19,379 bases of DNA from Thermoplasmata archaeon (GCA_041489255.1 JBGPQV010000031.1:1-19379), one strand, 5' to 3'. Shown: positions 1 through 7,882, counted from the stretch's first letter. Notes: a model not told the origin generated them from the sequence alone. Program-made: numbers and translations.

Positions 1-79
1 CTGGCCTCACTCGAGTCTTGACGGCAGGGCCCCCCTCCACGACTTCTATTGGAAGCTTCGTCCCGAACGGATCTTCGGC

Positions 80-1057
80 TTAGTCGACTCGTGGTTTTGG
101 GAGGGATATCTTTAAATGGAAACTGATTACGGGATAAGAGAAGGGCGGTAGAGAGCTGAGCGAGGTTGTCACCTCTGCCCTCGAGCGGTAGACTCTGTCG
201 TCGAGATGCTTCAACAGCACGGAGGCCCGAACGCGCTTGCTTTCCGCGAGGTCGACGAGCTTCCATCCCTGGTTGTGTATCAGCTCTTCCTTGGAAGATG
301 GGAACTGGGCATCCTCTTTGAGGACCTCGTCGAGCGATGCAAGGCCGTCGCCTTTCGTCACCTTCGGGAAAATTCCCGTCCTCTTGAACGCGGCGAAGCG
401 GGCAGCGTCCTTGTACATCTTCACCCCGTGGAAAGCGAACACGGCGAAGTCGAACCCGCCTCTGGATGTCCGGTCGTCCGCGTCCTCCAGCTCCTCGTCC
501 GTCGGCTGGTAGACGTTGTGCTCGCCCTTCCCGAAGACGCGCATGTACGTCTGGTTGGCGGGAACTCTGGGGTCTTGGACCAGCGGGTCGACCACGTCTA
601 TGGCGGGGATGTCGCTCATCGTCCTGGCAAGCTTTGGCGGGAGACCACGACCGCTGTAGGCTCTCGCCTCGATACATACCGTCGCACGCAGATTGGTCGA
701 AGAGATGAGATTCACTATGGGGGTGCAGGAGGAATCGTCGAACTCCCGCCATTGCGGGTACTCGAAGACGAGCCACGGCGCTTTGAGGCGGCTGCAGATG
801 GCGGCAGTCTGACCCAGGTGCTCTCTCGCTTCGGGATCGTCGAGTCTCCCACCATGGTGAGTGATTTGGCGGGGAGCCTTGACCGAGAACTTGAATGAGG
901 GTGGAACGGTCTGACGCCAACGGGCCACATCCCTTGCCTCCGGAAGGCGGTAGAACGTGTTGTTTGCCTCGACGAACTGAAATGCGCGTGAATAGGTGCG
1001 GAGGCCACCGGAGAAGTAGCCCCACCCGCCAGCGCCGATCAAGGCCTCGCCGCTCAT
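80..1057 (-). CDS. DUF72-family (YecE-like TIM-barrel) protein, divergent, with C-terminal DUF2795-like helical domain
   Basis: DUF72 motifs IGAGGWGY, FVEANNTFYRLP, FKFSVKAPRQITH. The tail FPSSKEELI...LLKHLDDRVYRSRAEV resembles DUF2795. Start moved from 1132 to ATG 1057 because family similarity begins there and a TATA-like box lies 26-31 nt upstream. Confidence 0.85.
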   Translation of the reverse strand: MSGEALIGAGGWGYFSGGLRTYSRAFQFVEANNTFYRLPEARDVARWRQTVPPSFKFSVKAPRQITHHGGRLDDPEAREHLGQTAAICSRLKAPWLVFEYPQWREFDDSSCTPIVNLISSTNLRATVCIEARAYSGRGLPPKLARTMSDIPAIDVVDPLVQDPRVPANQTYMRVFGKGEHNVYQPTDEELEDADDRTSRGGFDFAVFAFHGVKMYKDAARFAAFKRTGIFPKVTKGDGLASLDEVLKEDAQFPSSKEELIHNQGWKLVDLAESKRVRASVLLKHLDDRVYRSRAEVTTSLSSLPPFSYPVISFHLKISLPKPRVD

Positions 1058-1082
1058 CAGGCATGAAAGGCGGCGGGAGTGG

Positions 1083-1088
1083 TATAAG
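1083..1088 (-). promoter_or_regulatory. Putative TATA box (CTTATA) for a leaderless DUF72 transcript
   Basis: AT-rich box in GC-rich context 26-31 nt upstream of ATG 1057, which is typical archaeal leaderless spacing. Confidence 0.55.
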
Positions 1089-1360
1089 GGCTGCGGGATG
1101 AGGGGGATGAAAGTGGCGGCGGCATGTTCCATTCAATCTGGAAAAAGTGGACACAATTCGGGAAAGCGCATTCGAACCTTGGGAGCATGCACCCGAGTCA
1201 GCGCATCCACTGCACCCACGGCGAGAAATCGAAAGGAGAGAAGACGGTCACCATGACGGACATGCCTCGCCACCCGTGGCGAGAAGCCGAAACCGCGTCA
1301 GCATGGGAGGGATTTCCTCCTTGCTTGACATGAAGGGCTTTTATCTTTCGGCAGACACCC

Positions 1361-1406
1361 TTAAATCTGGAAACCGTCTGCACCCTCCCACGGAAAGCAT
1401 CGGAGG
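1361..1406 (+). promoter_or_regulatory. TATA box (TTAAAT 1361-1366) and Shine-Dalgarno (GGAGG 1402-1406) of the surface-protein gene
   Basis: Both motifs are seen directly upstream of ATG 1411/1417. Confidence 0.55.
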
Positions 1407-1410
1407 ACTG

Positions 1411-3828
1411 ATGCATATGGAGAATCGAATCGGGACTGTTTGTGTTGTCTGCATGTTCGTGACGGGGCTCTTCGTGGTTGCTGTGAATCTTGTGAGCGAC
1501 AAGACCGCGGCAAGCACGTGGAACATCTCGACCGTGGATCCCTTCGGGGCACCTGGCGACTACTCATCGATAGCCCTTGATGGCAGTGACTACCCGCACA
1601 TAGGCTACACAAGCTTCGTGGGGGCGGGCTACAATCTCAATTACGCCAGATGGGACGGGAGCATGTGGAACATTGACACTGTGGACTCCTCCGCGGATGT
1701 GGGCGCATGGGTTTCGATTGCCGTCGACAGCAGCGGGCATCCACACATGACATACCTCGATGGCACCAATGGTGACCTCAAGTACGCGGAGTGGACAGGG
1801 TCCACTTGGAACATCGAGATTGTCGACTCGGCAGGAGACGTCGGCTACTGCTCCTCGCTCGTCCTCAACGCAAGCGGGTATCCACACGTGAGCTACCTTG
1901 ACCTCGGGAATCTCGATCTCAAGTACGCCATCTGGACGGGGGCCGCTTGGAACATCGAGTCCGTCGACTCGGCCGGTGACGTTGGCTGGTACACCTCTCT
2001 CGCACTCGACATCGGCGGCAACGCCCACATAAGCTATCTTGATTCAACGAACGTCGACCTCAAGTACGCGGAATTCAACGGAATCACCTGGGATATACAG
2101 ACGGTGGATTCAACCGGTGACGTGGGCAAATGGACTTCTCTTGAGTTTGACAGCCTCGACTACCCCCACATAAGTTACTACGACACGACGAACGACGCGC
2201 TCAAGTATGCAGAATGGAACGGAAGCGCCTGGTTGATTGAGACCATCGACTCGGCGGGCGATGTCGGCCTATGCACGTCTCTCGAGCTCGACGGAAGAGA
2301 CTTCGCGCACATCAGCTACTTCGACATTGCGAACGTCGACCTCAGATACACTGAATGGACGGGCAGCAGCTGGAGCATCGAGACCATAGATTCAGCTGGG
2401 GATGTTGGCTGGTTTGGGTCGATGGCTCTCGACAGCAATGGACTTGCGCACATCAGCTACGGCGATTGGACGAACTTCGGTCTGAAGTACGCGCGAGAGG
2501 AGCCGAACATTTCCCCTGGCACGCCATCCACGCCATCGGGACCGGGATTCGGCCTGGTGGGCGTGTCATACTCATATTCGACCGCAGCGGTCGACCCGAA
2601 CAACGATGCAGTGATGTACACATTCGATTGGGGTGACGGCAATACTTCAGAGACCGGTTACAACCAATCCGGGATCCCCGTCAGCATGTCTCACGACTGG
2701 AGTATGATAGGAAGCTTCCAGGTGAAGGTCATGGCCAATGATGTCGACGGTGCATCCTCCGCCTGGAGCATACCCTTCACTGTGACGATAGCCAGGCCAC
2801 CTGACGCACCCATGATCCTGGCGGCGACTCCCGGCGACAGCGAGGTCGGCTTGTCTTGGGCGGCGCCATCCAGCGACGGCGGCTCTCCGATCACCAACTA
2901 TCGCATCTTCCGAGGGACGTCTCCGGGCTCAGAGACATTCCTCACCATGGTCGGAAACGTCCTCACCTACTTGGACGCGGGGCTGGTCAACGGGCAGACC
3001 TACTACTACAACCTGACAGCGAGGAATGCCGTTGGGGAGGGACCGAGTTCCAACGAGGCGAATGCAATCCCCATGGCGGTTCCAGAGCCGCCGACGGGGC
3101 TTGTCGCCACTGCCGGCAACGGTCAGGTCGCACTCTCGTGGCTGGAGCCATCAGATGACGGCGGTTCTCCGATAACGAACTACACGATTTGGCGGGGCAC
3201 ATCTTCCGACGGTGAAACCCTGCTGAATACGATCAATGACACAACCGACTACGTCGACACCGGACTCACGAATGGGCAAACATACTACTACATGATATCG
3301 GCGAGAAACTCGATCGGCGATGGCCCGAACTCGACTGAGGTCAGCGCGACTCCCGCCACAACGCCCTCTGAGCCTTTGAGCCTCCAAGCGACTGCGGGGG
3401 ACGGCCAGGTGACTCTCGCATGGTCAGCGCCGGCCAGCGACGGCGGCTCTCCGATTACTGCCTATAGGATATATCGTGGGACGACTCCGGGAGGGGAGAC
3501 ATTGCTCGTCGAGTTGGGTAATGTGCTGGCGTACACAGACACTGGGCTGGTGAACGGGCAGAACTATAATTACGCTGTAAAGGCGGCGAATTCCGTCGGA
3601 GAAGGACCCCAGTCGGAGGAGGTTTCCGCAACACCGAATCCACCGCCTCCATCAGGGAAAGAGAAGTCGATATTCGAGGAGGTGTGGTTCTGGCTGTTGA
3701 TCGTGGTTTTGATTGCAATCATCGCCGCAGTCGTCTTTCTGCTGAAAAGGAGGAAGACCACAGAGGCGAGACTCCCTGAATCAGAGGCTGTGCTCACTGA
3801 GGAGAAAAGCCGCGAGAAGGGGAAATGA
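1411..3828 (+). CDS. Membrane-anchored cell-surface protein: signal peptide, 7-repeat beta-propeller, PKD domain, 3x fibronectin type III, C-terminal TM anchor
   Basis: Hydrophobic N-terminus after MHMENRIG; seven ~47-aa repeats; PKD signature YTFDWGDG; three FN3 units (LSWxxPxxDGGSPITxYxIxRG...YxDxGLxNGQxYxY); TM WFWLLIVVLIAIIAAVVFLL followed by KRRK. True start is probably 1411 or 1417, not 1147. Confidence 0.9.
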   Translation: MHMENRIGTVCVVCMFVTGLFVVAVNLVSDKTAASTWNISTVDPFGAPGDYSSIALDGSDYPHIGYTSFVGAGYNLNYARWDGSMWNIDTVDSSADVGAWVSIAVDSSGHPHMTYLDGTNGDLKYAEWTGSTWNIEIVDSAGDVGYCSSLVLNASGYPHVSYLDLGNLDLKYAIWTGAAWNIESVDSAGDVGWYTSLALDIGGNAHISYLDSTNVDLKYAEFNGITWDIQTVDSTGDVGKWTSLEFDSLDYPHISYYDTTNDALKYAEWNGSAWLIETIDSAGDVGLCTSLELDGRDFAHISYFDIANVDLRYTEWTGSSWSIETIDSAGDVGWFGSMALDSNGLAHISYGDWTNFGLKYAREEPNISPGTPSTPSGPGFGLVGVSYSYSTAAVDPNNDAVMYTFDWGDGNTSETGYNQSGIPVSMSHDWSMIGSFQVKVMANDVDGASSAWSIPFTVTIARPPDAPMILAATPGDSEVGLSWAAPSSDGGSPITNYRIFRGTSPGSETFLTMVGNVLTYLDAGLVNGQTYYYNLTARNAVGEGPSSNEANAIPMAVPEPPTGLVATAGNGQVALSWLEPSDDGGSPITNYTIWRGTSSDGETLLNTINDTTDYVDTGLTNGQTYYYMISARNSIGDGPNSTEVSATPATTPSEPLSLQATAGDGQVTLAWSAPASDGGSPITAYRIYRGTTPGGETLLVELGNVLAYTDTGLVNGQNYNYAVKAANSVGEGPQSEEVSATPNPPPPSGKEKSIFEEVWFWLLIVVLIAIIAAVVFLLKRRKTTEARLPESEAVLTEEKSREKGK
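1519..2496 (+). repeat. Seven intragenic propeller-blade repeats with 141-nt period
   Basis: W-x-I-x-x-[VI]-D units start at 1519, 1666, 1807, 1948, 2089, 2230 and 2371. Consensus VDSxGDVGxxxSLxLDxxxxxHISYxDxxNxDLKYAxWxG. Confidence 0.9.
2794..3640 (+). repeat. Three tandem FN3-coding repeats
   Basis: Repeated DNA such as cagcgacggcggctctccgat in units 1 and 3, and repeated DGGSPIT / GLxNGQ peptides. Confidence 0.85.
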
Positions 3829-3892
3829 GGACTGCTGCATCCATAGAGCTGAAGTGATTCGAATGAGGGCCTGACATTCTGACCCTCCTCGG

Positions 3893-4135
3893 TTAGGTCT
3901 GATTGCGGACCCACGACCTTCCTCCGTGCTTCGCGCGCCGATCGGAGTCCCTGCTTAGATTCTTCACTTCTAGCCAGACGGCGCCCCTTTCATCCGCTAC
4001 CATGACTCCCGCCAATTCGAACGTCGGAGTCTCGCTGAGGGTGCGGTTAATCGTGTCTGTGAAGGACCCCACCTTCCTCTCGTGCTGCATCGACCTGCGG
4101 TAAGCCCCTATCATGATTGTGATATCCCTGACCAC
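3893..4135 (-). CDS. Possible small hypothetical protein or gene remnant
   Basis: 80-aa GTG-start ORF filling the gap in a decayed region; no recognisable motif. Confidence 0.2.
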   Translation of the reverse strand: MVRDITIMIGAYRRSMQHERKVGSFTDTINRTLSETPTFELAGVMVADERGAVWLEVKNLSRDSDRRAKHGGRSWVRNQT

Positions 4136-4187
4136 CTTCGCTCGTACGCTCGAGCATATGCTTGTACGAATCTAGCCCCTCTGAATC

Positions 4188-4457
4188 TCAGATGATGACG
4201 AGGGTCGACGCCATATCGATACCGCCGCCGTCGTCCACGACTGTCAATGCGATGATGTACGCGCCCGCCATGGCGAAAGAGTGAGACTCCGAGTCCGTCG
4301 CGGTGAACGGAAATGTTCCGCCAGGACTGGGGTATGGGTCAGGTGCTGTTCCGTCGTTGAAGCAAATCCGGACGGTGGCGGGAGACCCGTCTCCCCAGTC
4401 CCAGGTGAATGTGAGGTCGTCGCTGCCCGGGTCTGTGGCGGCAGCTCCGGCTCGGAT
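4188..4457 (-). pseudogene. Orphan C-terminal PKD-domain fragment of a surface protein (no start upstream of the domain)
   Basis: A frame absent from the ORF track reads ATDPGSDDLTFTWDWGDGSPATVRICFNDGTAPDPYPSPGGTFPFTATDSESHSFAMAGAYIIALTVVDDGGGIDMASTLVII*. It is bounded upstream by an in-frame TGA at 4458-4460. Confidence 0.8.
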
Positions 4458-4460
4458 TCA

Positions 4461-4801
4461 GACTCGGGCTCATACGTCTCAGTCACGACCTGCTCTTGCG
4501 CGACCGACTCGGTCGCGACGTAGTAAGTCGTCGTCCGCGCTCGGGCCACCCAATTCCTCTTCTCGTTCCGGTAGTCCACGCTCTGTATGACGAAGCCCGC
4601 CAGGAACACGCGCCCGCCAACCGCGACGGCGGCGGTGGTGCCCAATCCAAGCAGGATGATCCCCACGCCGATCAGATTGTAGTCGCATTTCCAGGTGAGG
4701 GCGCAGCTGTCGCCATTCAGCGCACAGCCTCTGGTTCACCCGCTGCCGCAACCCGTCGATGCTCCGCAATCGCCATCGCGACTCGGAGTTTTGGCGGACA
4801 T
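4461..4801 (-). pseudogene. Interrupted Cys-rich/hydrophobic ORF remnant abutting the PKD fragment
   Basis: From ATG 4801: MSAKTPSRDGDCGASTGCGSG-(TGA 4736-4738)-TRGCALNGDSCALTWKCDYNLIGVGIILLGLGTTAAVAVGG...YEPESE. It then runs out of frame across the PKD remnant. Confidence 0.35.
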
Positions 4802-4841
4802 GCTTTCCTTTTGGCCTGAGGCTTTTTGTCAGACTACGAAG

Positions 4842-5504
4842 CTAGTTTCCTGGAGAATCGCGACCGAGGCTTGACACTGCACGAATATCAGTGTGATTCA
4901 TGTTCCAGAAGCCTACCAGCCAGGCAACCGGCGGTCCGAGTAGCACTATCAGGCCGACAGACGCCCACAAAGTGGTGACCCAAGTACCAGGACCTTCCCA
5001 CAGCGGTACTAACAGGTAATTGGCAACCTGTGCTGCTGACACGAGGGGAAATGCAATCCACATTATGCTGATCCAGAGCGGGACGCCAGCGGAGATGCCC
5101 AACGCGCGACGGTTCATCCCGGGACTGATTACGAAGATAACCAAGATGAGAACTGCCCAGCCAGGCCACAATAAAATGGCCAGAATCCCAAGGAAAAGCA
5201 TCAGAACCGCCAGACCTTGGTCCGCCAGCTGCGGCGGGAGCTGATAGGTCATTGTGGGGAAGTAGCCCTGATCCCCAAACAGGGCCGCACGAGCCTCAGG
5301 ATGTCGGGCCAAAATCAGCCGCCTAACCAGCACCGAGCCCAACACGACTGACATCACGGCGAGGTAGAGTCCGTACAGTCTGACAATCAATTCCCCGGGT
5401 CCGACAATTGTAACTACCAAGATGGCAACGGTGATGCCGAAACCGCATATCCCTTCGACCAAGCGTAGAGTCAACAACCATGGATTGGGGCGGACTCTTC
5501 CCAC
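4842..5504 (-). CDS. Hypothetical integral membrane protein (~5-6 TM), candidate immunity protein
   Basis: 220-aa ORF dominated by hydrophobic helices. Its GTG start lies 3 nt after the TAG of the upstream peptide ORF (TAG-GAG-GTG). Confidence 0.7.
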   Translation of the reverse strand: MGRVRPNPWLLTLRLVEGICGFGITVAILVVTIVGPGELIVRLYGLYLAVMSVVLGSVLVRRLILARHPEARAALFGDQGYFPTMTYQLPPQLADQGLAVLMLFLGILAILLWPGWAVLILVIFVISPGMNRRALGISAGVPLWISIMWIAFPLVSAAQVANYLLVPLWEGPGTWVTTLWASVGLIVLLGPPVAWLVGFWNMNHTDIRAVSSLGRDSPGN

Positions 5505-5507
5505 CTC

Positions 5508-5708
5508 CTAGACGCATGATTGGCTCTCCACGAGGCAGGGCAGAAGATGGTAGACGAGCCAGGGGGCGCATGCGATTGCTGTGCATATGAGGAAACTCGC
5601 GAACATTGCGCCGGCCACCCAGAATTGCCACGCGAACAAAGCATACAAAGCTCCAATGAAAGAATAGCCGCAGACCGTTATAAGACCAGTGATACACGTC
5701 GCCACCAC
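5508..5708 (-). CDS. Small Cys-rich, very hydrophobic peptide (66 aa, 6 Cys); possibly a truncated C-terminal tip of a larger toxin
   Basis: Almost uncharged (single Glu, no K/R/D), 6 Cys, and its stop is coupled to the next gene. The start codon is uncertain. Confidence 0.5.
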   Translation of the reverse strand: MVATCITGLITVCGYSFIGALYALFAWQFWVAGAMFASFLICTAIACAPWLVYHLLPCLVESQSCV

Positions 5709-5789
5709 CGTCCCGCTCCCTAGCCTGGGAGGGCTGGCCCGTGAGGATCGAGGAATTGCGTTGCATAGGAATCAAGTAGTCATCGAATA

Positions 5790-6989
5790 ATGCCCTCGGT
5801 CGTGAAGAAGTACCGCTTCGGATGTTCCGGCTGGTCCTACGACGAGTGGATTGGCCCCTTCTACCGCTCCGAGTCCGAGAGCAAGCTGGAGGCTTACTCG
5901 AAGGTCTTCGACACCGTCGAGATCAACAGCACCTTCTACCGCCCTCCTGAGACCGGCATGGTCTATGGTTGGGCGAGGAACAGCCCTGAGGGATTCGTCT
6001 TCGCCGCAAAGGTCCCCCAGACGGTCACGCACGATAAGCTGCTCGATGTTGAGAAGGGCGCCGCCACGGAACTCGCTAACTACTGCGAGCTGATGAGGCC
6101 CCTGCGCGACGCGGAGAAGCTCGGGCCGTTGCTGCTCCAGCTTCCGCCGCGATTGCGGTTCGAGGCGAAGCACATCGACGCATTCCTGAGCACCCTGCCC
6201 GACAGATACCTGTTCGCACTCGAGCCGAGGAATAAGTCGTGGATGGTCCCAGAGGCGTTCGACCTCCTTAAGAAACACAACGTTGCCTACACGGTTGTGG
6301 ACGAGCCATTGCTCCCCGGCGACGTTCACATCACCGCGGACTTCTCGTACTTCCGCTGGCATGGGCATGGCGACCAGCCCTGGTATGACTACAGGTATAG
6401 CCTCGGCGAGCTCAGGCAATGGGTCCCCAAGGTCGAGGATGCCGCTGCGAAGTCTGAGACTGTCTATGGCTTCTTCAACAACCATTTCCACGGCTACGCG
6501 CCGGAGAACTGCATCCAGATCCTGGAGATGCTTGGCGGCATCGGCCCGGAGCAGCAGAAAGCGATGAAGCGGATCGAGGAGTTCAGGCATGGGTTCGCCC
6601 TCGAGAAGCGGGGGTCGGGGAAGGGCGTGACCCTCGAGGACTTCTCCGAGACACCGATTGCAGACCCGGAACTTGACCCCATCCTTTCCAGGTTCCTCGA
6701 CACGGCGCGACTGGACAGGGCGAAGCGGATCGCTTCGACCGAGGTGAGCATCCGCGATGAGGGGACCTCGATAGAGGCGAAGGTGAAAGACTACAGGATC
6801 ACCCTCGACCTCACAGGCAAGAGGATCGAGCACGACTGCGATGACTGGACAAAACGTATTGCGGGGAAGGAGTTCTGCAAGCATGTCGGCAAGTTCTTCA
6901 TCATGCTCCCGAGGGCGAGGGCGCTCTCAATCCTGGAGGAGATGAGGAAGACCCTCGACGAGTGGACATTTGCCGTCAGAGAGGGCTAG
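5790..6989 (+). CDS. DUF72-family protein with C-terminal SWIM-like zinc-finger domain
   Basis: Canonical DUF72 motifs GCSGWSY, TVEINSTFYRPP, FAAKVPQTVTH, LGPLLLQLPP, ALEPR, YFRWHG, YGFFNN. The extension contains HDCDDW-x9-CKH. Confidence 0.92.
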   Translation: MPSVVKKYRFGCSGWSYDEWIGPFYRSESESKLEAYSKVFDTVEINSTFYRPPETGMVYGWARNSPEGFVFAAKVPQTVTHDKLLDVEKGAATELANYCELMRPLRDAEKLGPLLLQLPPRLRFEAKHIDAFLSTLPDRYLFALEPRNKSWMVPEAFDLLKKHNVAYTVVDEPLLPGDVHITADFSYFRWHGHGDQPWYDYRYSLGELRQWVPKVEDAAAKSETVYGFFNNHFHGYAPENCIQILEMLGGIGPEQQKAMKRIEEFRHGFALEKRGSGKGVTLEDFSETPIADPELDPILSRFLDTARLDRAKRIASTEVSIRDEGTSIEAKVKDYRITLDLTGKRIEHDCDDWTKRIAGKEFCKHVGKFFIMLPRARALSILEEMRKTLDEWTFAVREG

Positions 6990-7723
6990 TACATCACCGA
7001 GCCGCCGTTGACGAGCAATGTCGTCCCGGTTATCCAATCAGAATCCTTCGACGCGAGGAAACTGACCACCGCCGCGATGTCCTCCGGCGTCCCGATCCGC
7101 CTCAACGGGATTTCGCGAGCACGCTGCCTCTTCTTCTCCGGCGTGTCCCCCGCCAGAATATCCGTGTCGACGGGTCCAGGGGCTATCGCGTTGACCGTGA
7201 CATTGTACCTCGCGAGCTCCTGAGCCGACGCCTTCGTGAAGCCGAGAATCCCCGCCTTTGAAGCGGCGTACTCGGAACCGTGGTCCGTGCCCTTGAAGGC
7301 TATCTGGCTGGAGATGTTGATGATGCGGCCCCAGCCCGTCTTCTTTAGATAAGGCAGGGCCGCCTTGGTGCAGTAGAAGACGCTGCTGAGGTTCGTGGCG
7401 ACCCTCCTGTCCCATTGCTCTGGCGTGAGGTCATCCAAGACAGTTCGCTCATAGATACCCGCATTGTTGACGAGGATGTCAATCCTGCCGAACACTTTAA
7501 TTGCCGTCTCAACGAGGCGTCTCGCTTCACGCCATTCCGAGACATCAGCCTTGACCGAGACCGCTTTGCGCCCCTTCGCCTTTATTGCCACTACAACCTG
7601 CGTGGCCTGCTTCTTGCTTCGGACGTAATTCACGACGATATCGTATCCATCCGCGGCCAGGCGAAGCGCGGTCGCTCTACCGATTCCGCGCGAGCTTCCG
7701 GTAACGAGTGCGACCTTGGGCAT
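6986..7723 (-). CDS. fabG: Short-chain dehydrogenase/reductase, 3-oxoacyl-ACP reductase (FabG)-like
   Basis: TGSSRGIG (TGxxxGxG), NNAG, catalytic S and YAASK (YxxxK), VNAIAPG; 245 aa. The substrate cannot be determined from sequence. Confidence 0.9.
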   Translation of the reverse strand: MPKVALVTGSSRGIGRATALRLAADGYDIVVNYVRSKKQATQVVVAIKAKGRKAVSVKADVSEWREARRLVETAIKVFGRIDILVNNAGIYERTVLDDLTPEQWDRRVATNLSSVFYCTKAALPYLKKTGWGRIINISSQIAFKGTDHGSEYAASKAGILGFTKASAQELARYNVTVNAIAPGPVDTDILAGDTPEKKRQRAREIPLRRIGTPEDIAAVVSFLASKDSDWITGTTLLVNGGSVMY

Positions 7724-7812
7724 TATCTCGCCGATGGCGGCAACCTCGATGCGGGATTTAACGATGCCGAGGAGGCCCGCTAATGACCGCGCACAATGCG
7801 GGGACGTCCAAT

Positions 7813-7878
7813 GTGGAGCAGCTGTATAGCTACGGTGGACCTACGGTGGAGCAGCAGTATATCAGCAGTTGAGACACT
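7813..7878. repeat. Degenerate 11-bp tandem array upstream of the fen promoter
   Basis: GTGGAGCAGCT/GTATAGCTACG/GTGGACCTACG/GTGGAGCAGCA/GTATATCAGCA/GTTGAGACACT. Confidence 0.7.
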
Positions 7879-7882
7879 TCTG

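Noticed and set aside
1213-1292. Possible mini-CRISPR (22-nt repeats ending GAAA, 36-nt spacer)
   Set aside because: Only two imperfect copies, no convincing third unit, and no cas genes in the window.
1147-1410. 88-aa N-terminal extension of the surface protein in the ORF track
   Set aside because: It precedes the signal peptide and contains the TATA and SD of the ATG at 1411/1417.
2794-3640. DGR-like template/variable repeat pair
   Set aside because: The repeats are ordinary in-frame FN3 duplications, differences are not adenine-specific, and there is no reverse transcriptase.
4244-4666. 140-aa ORF as an intact gene
   Set aside because: Its 3' half is the wrong frame of a PKD remnant, so the ORF is a chimera across a junction.
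4736-4738. Selenocysteine recoding of the in-frame TGA
   Set aside because: No SECIS or selenoprotein motif recognised, and the region is decayed, so a nonsense mutation is simpler.
5772-6884. 370-aa antisense ORF opposite DUF72-SWIM
   Set aside because: Shadow ORF caused by high GC3 codon bias; no motifs.
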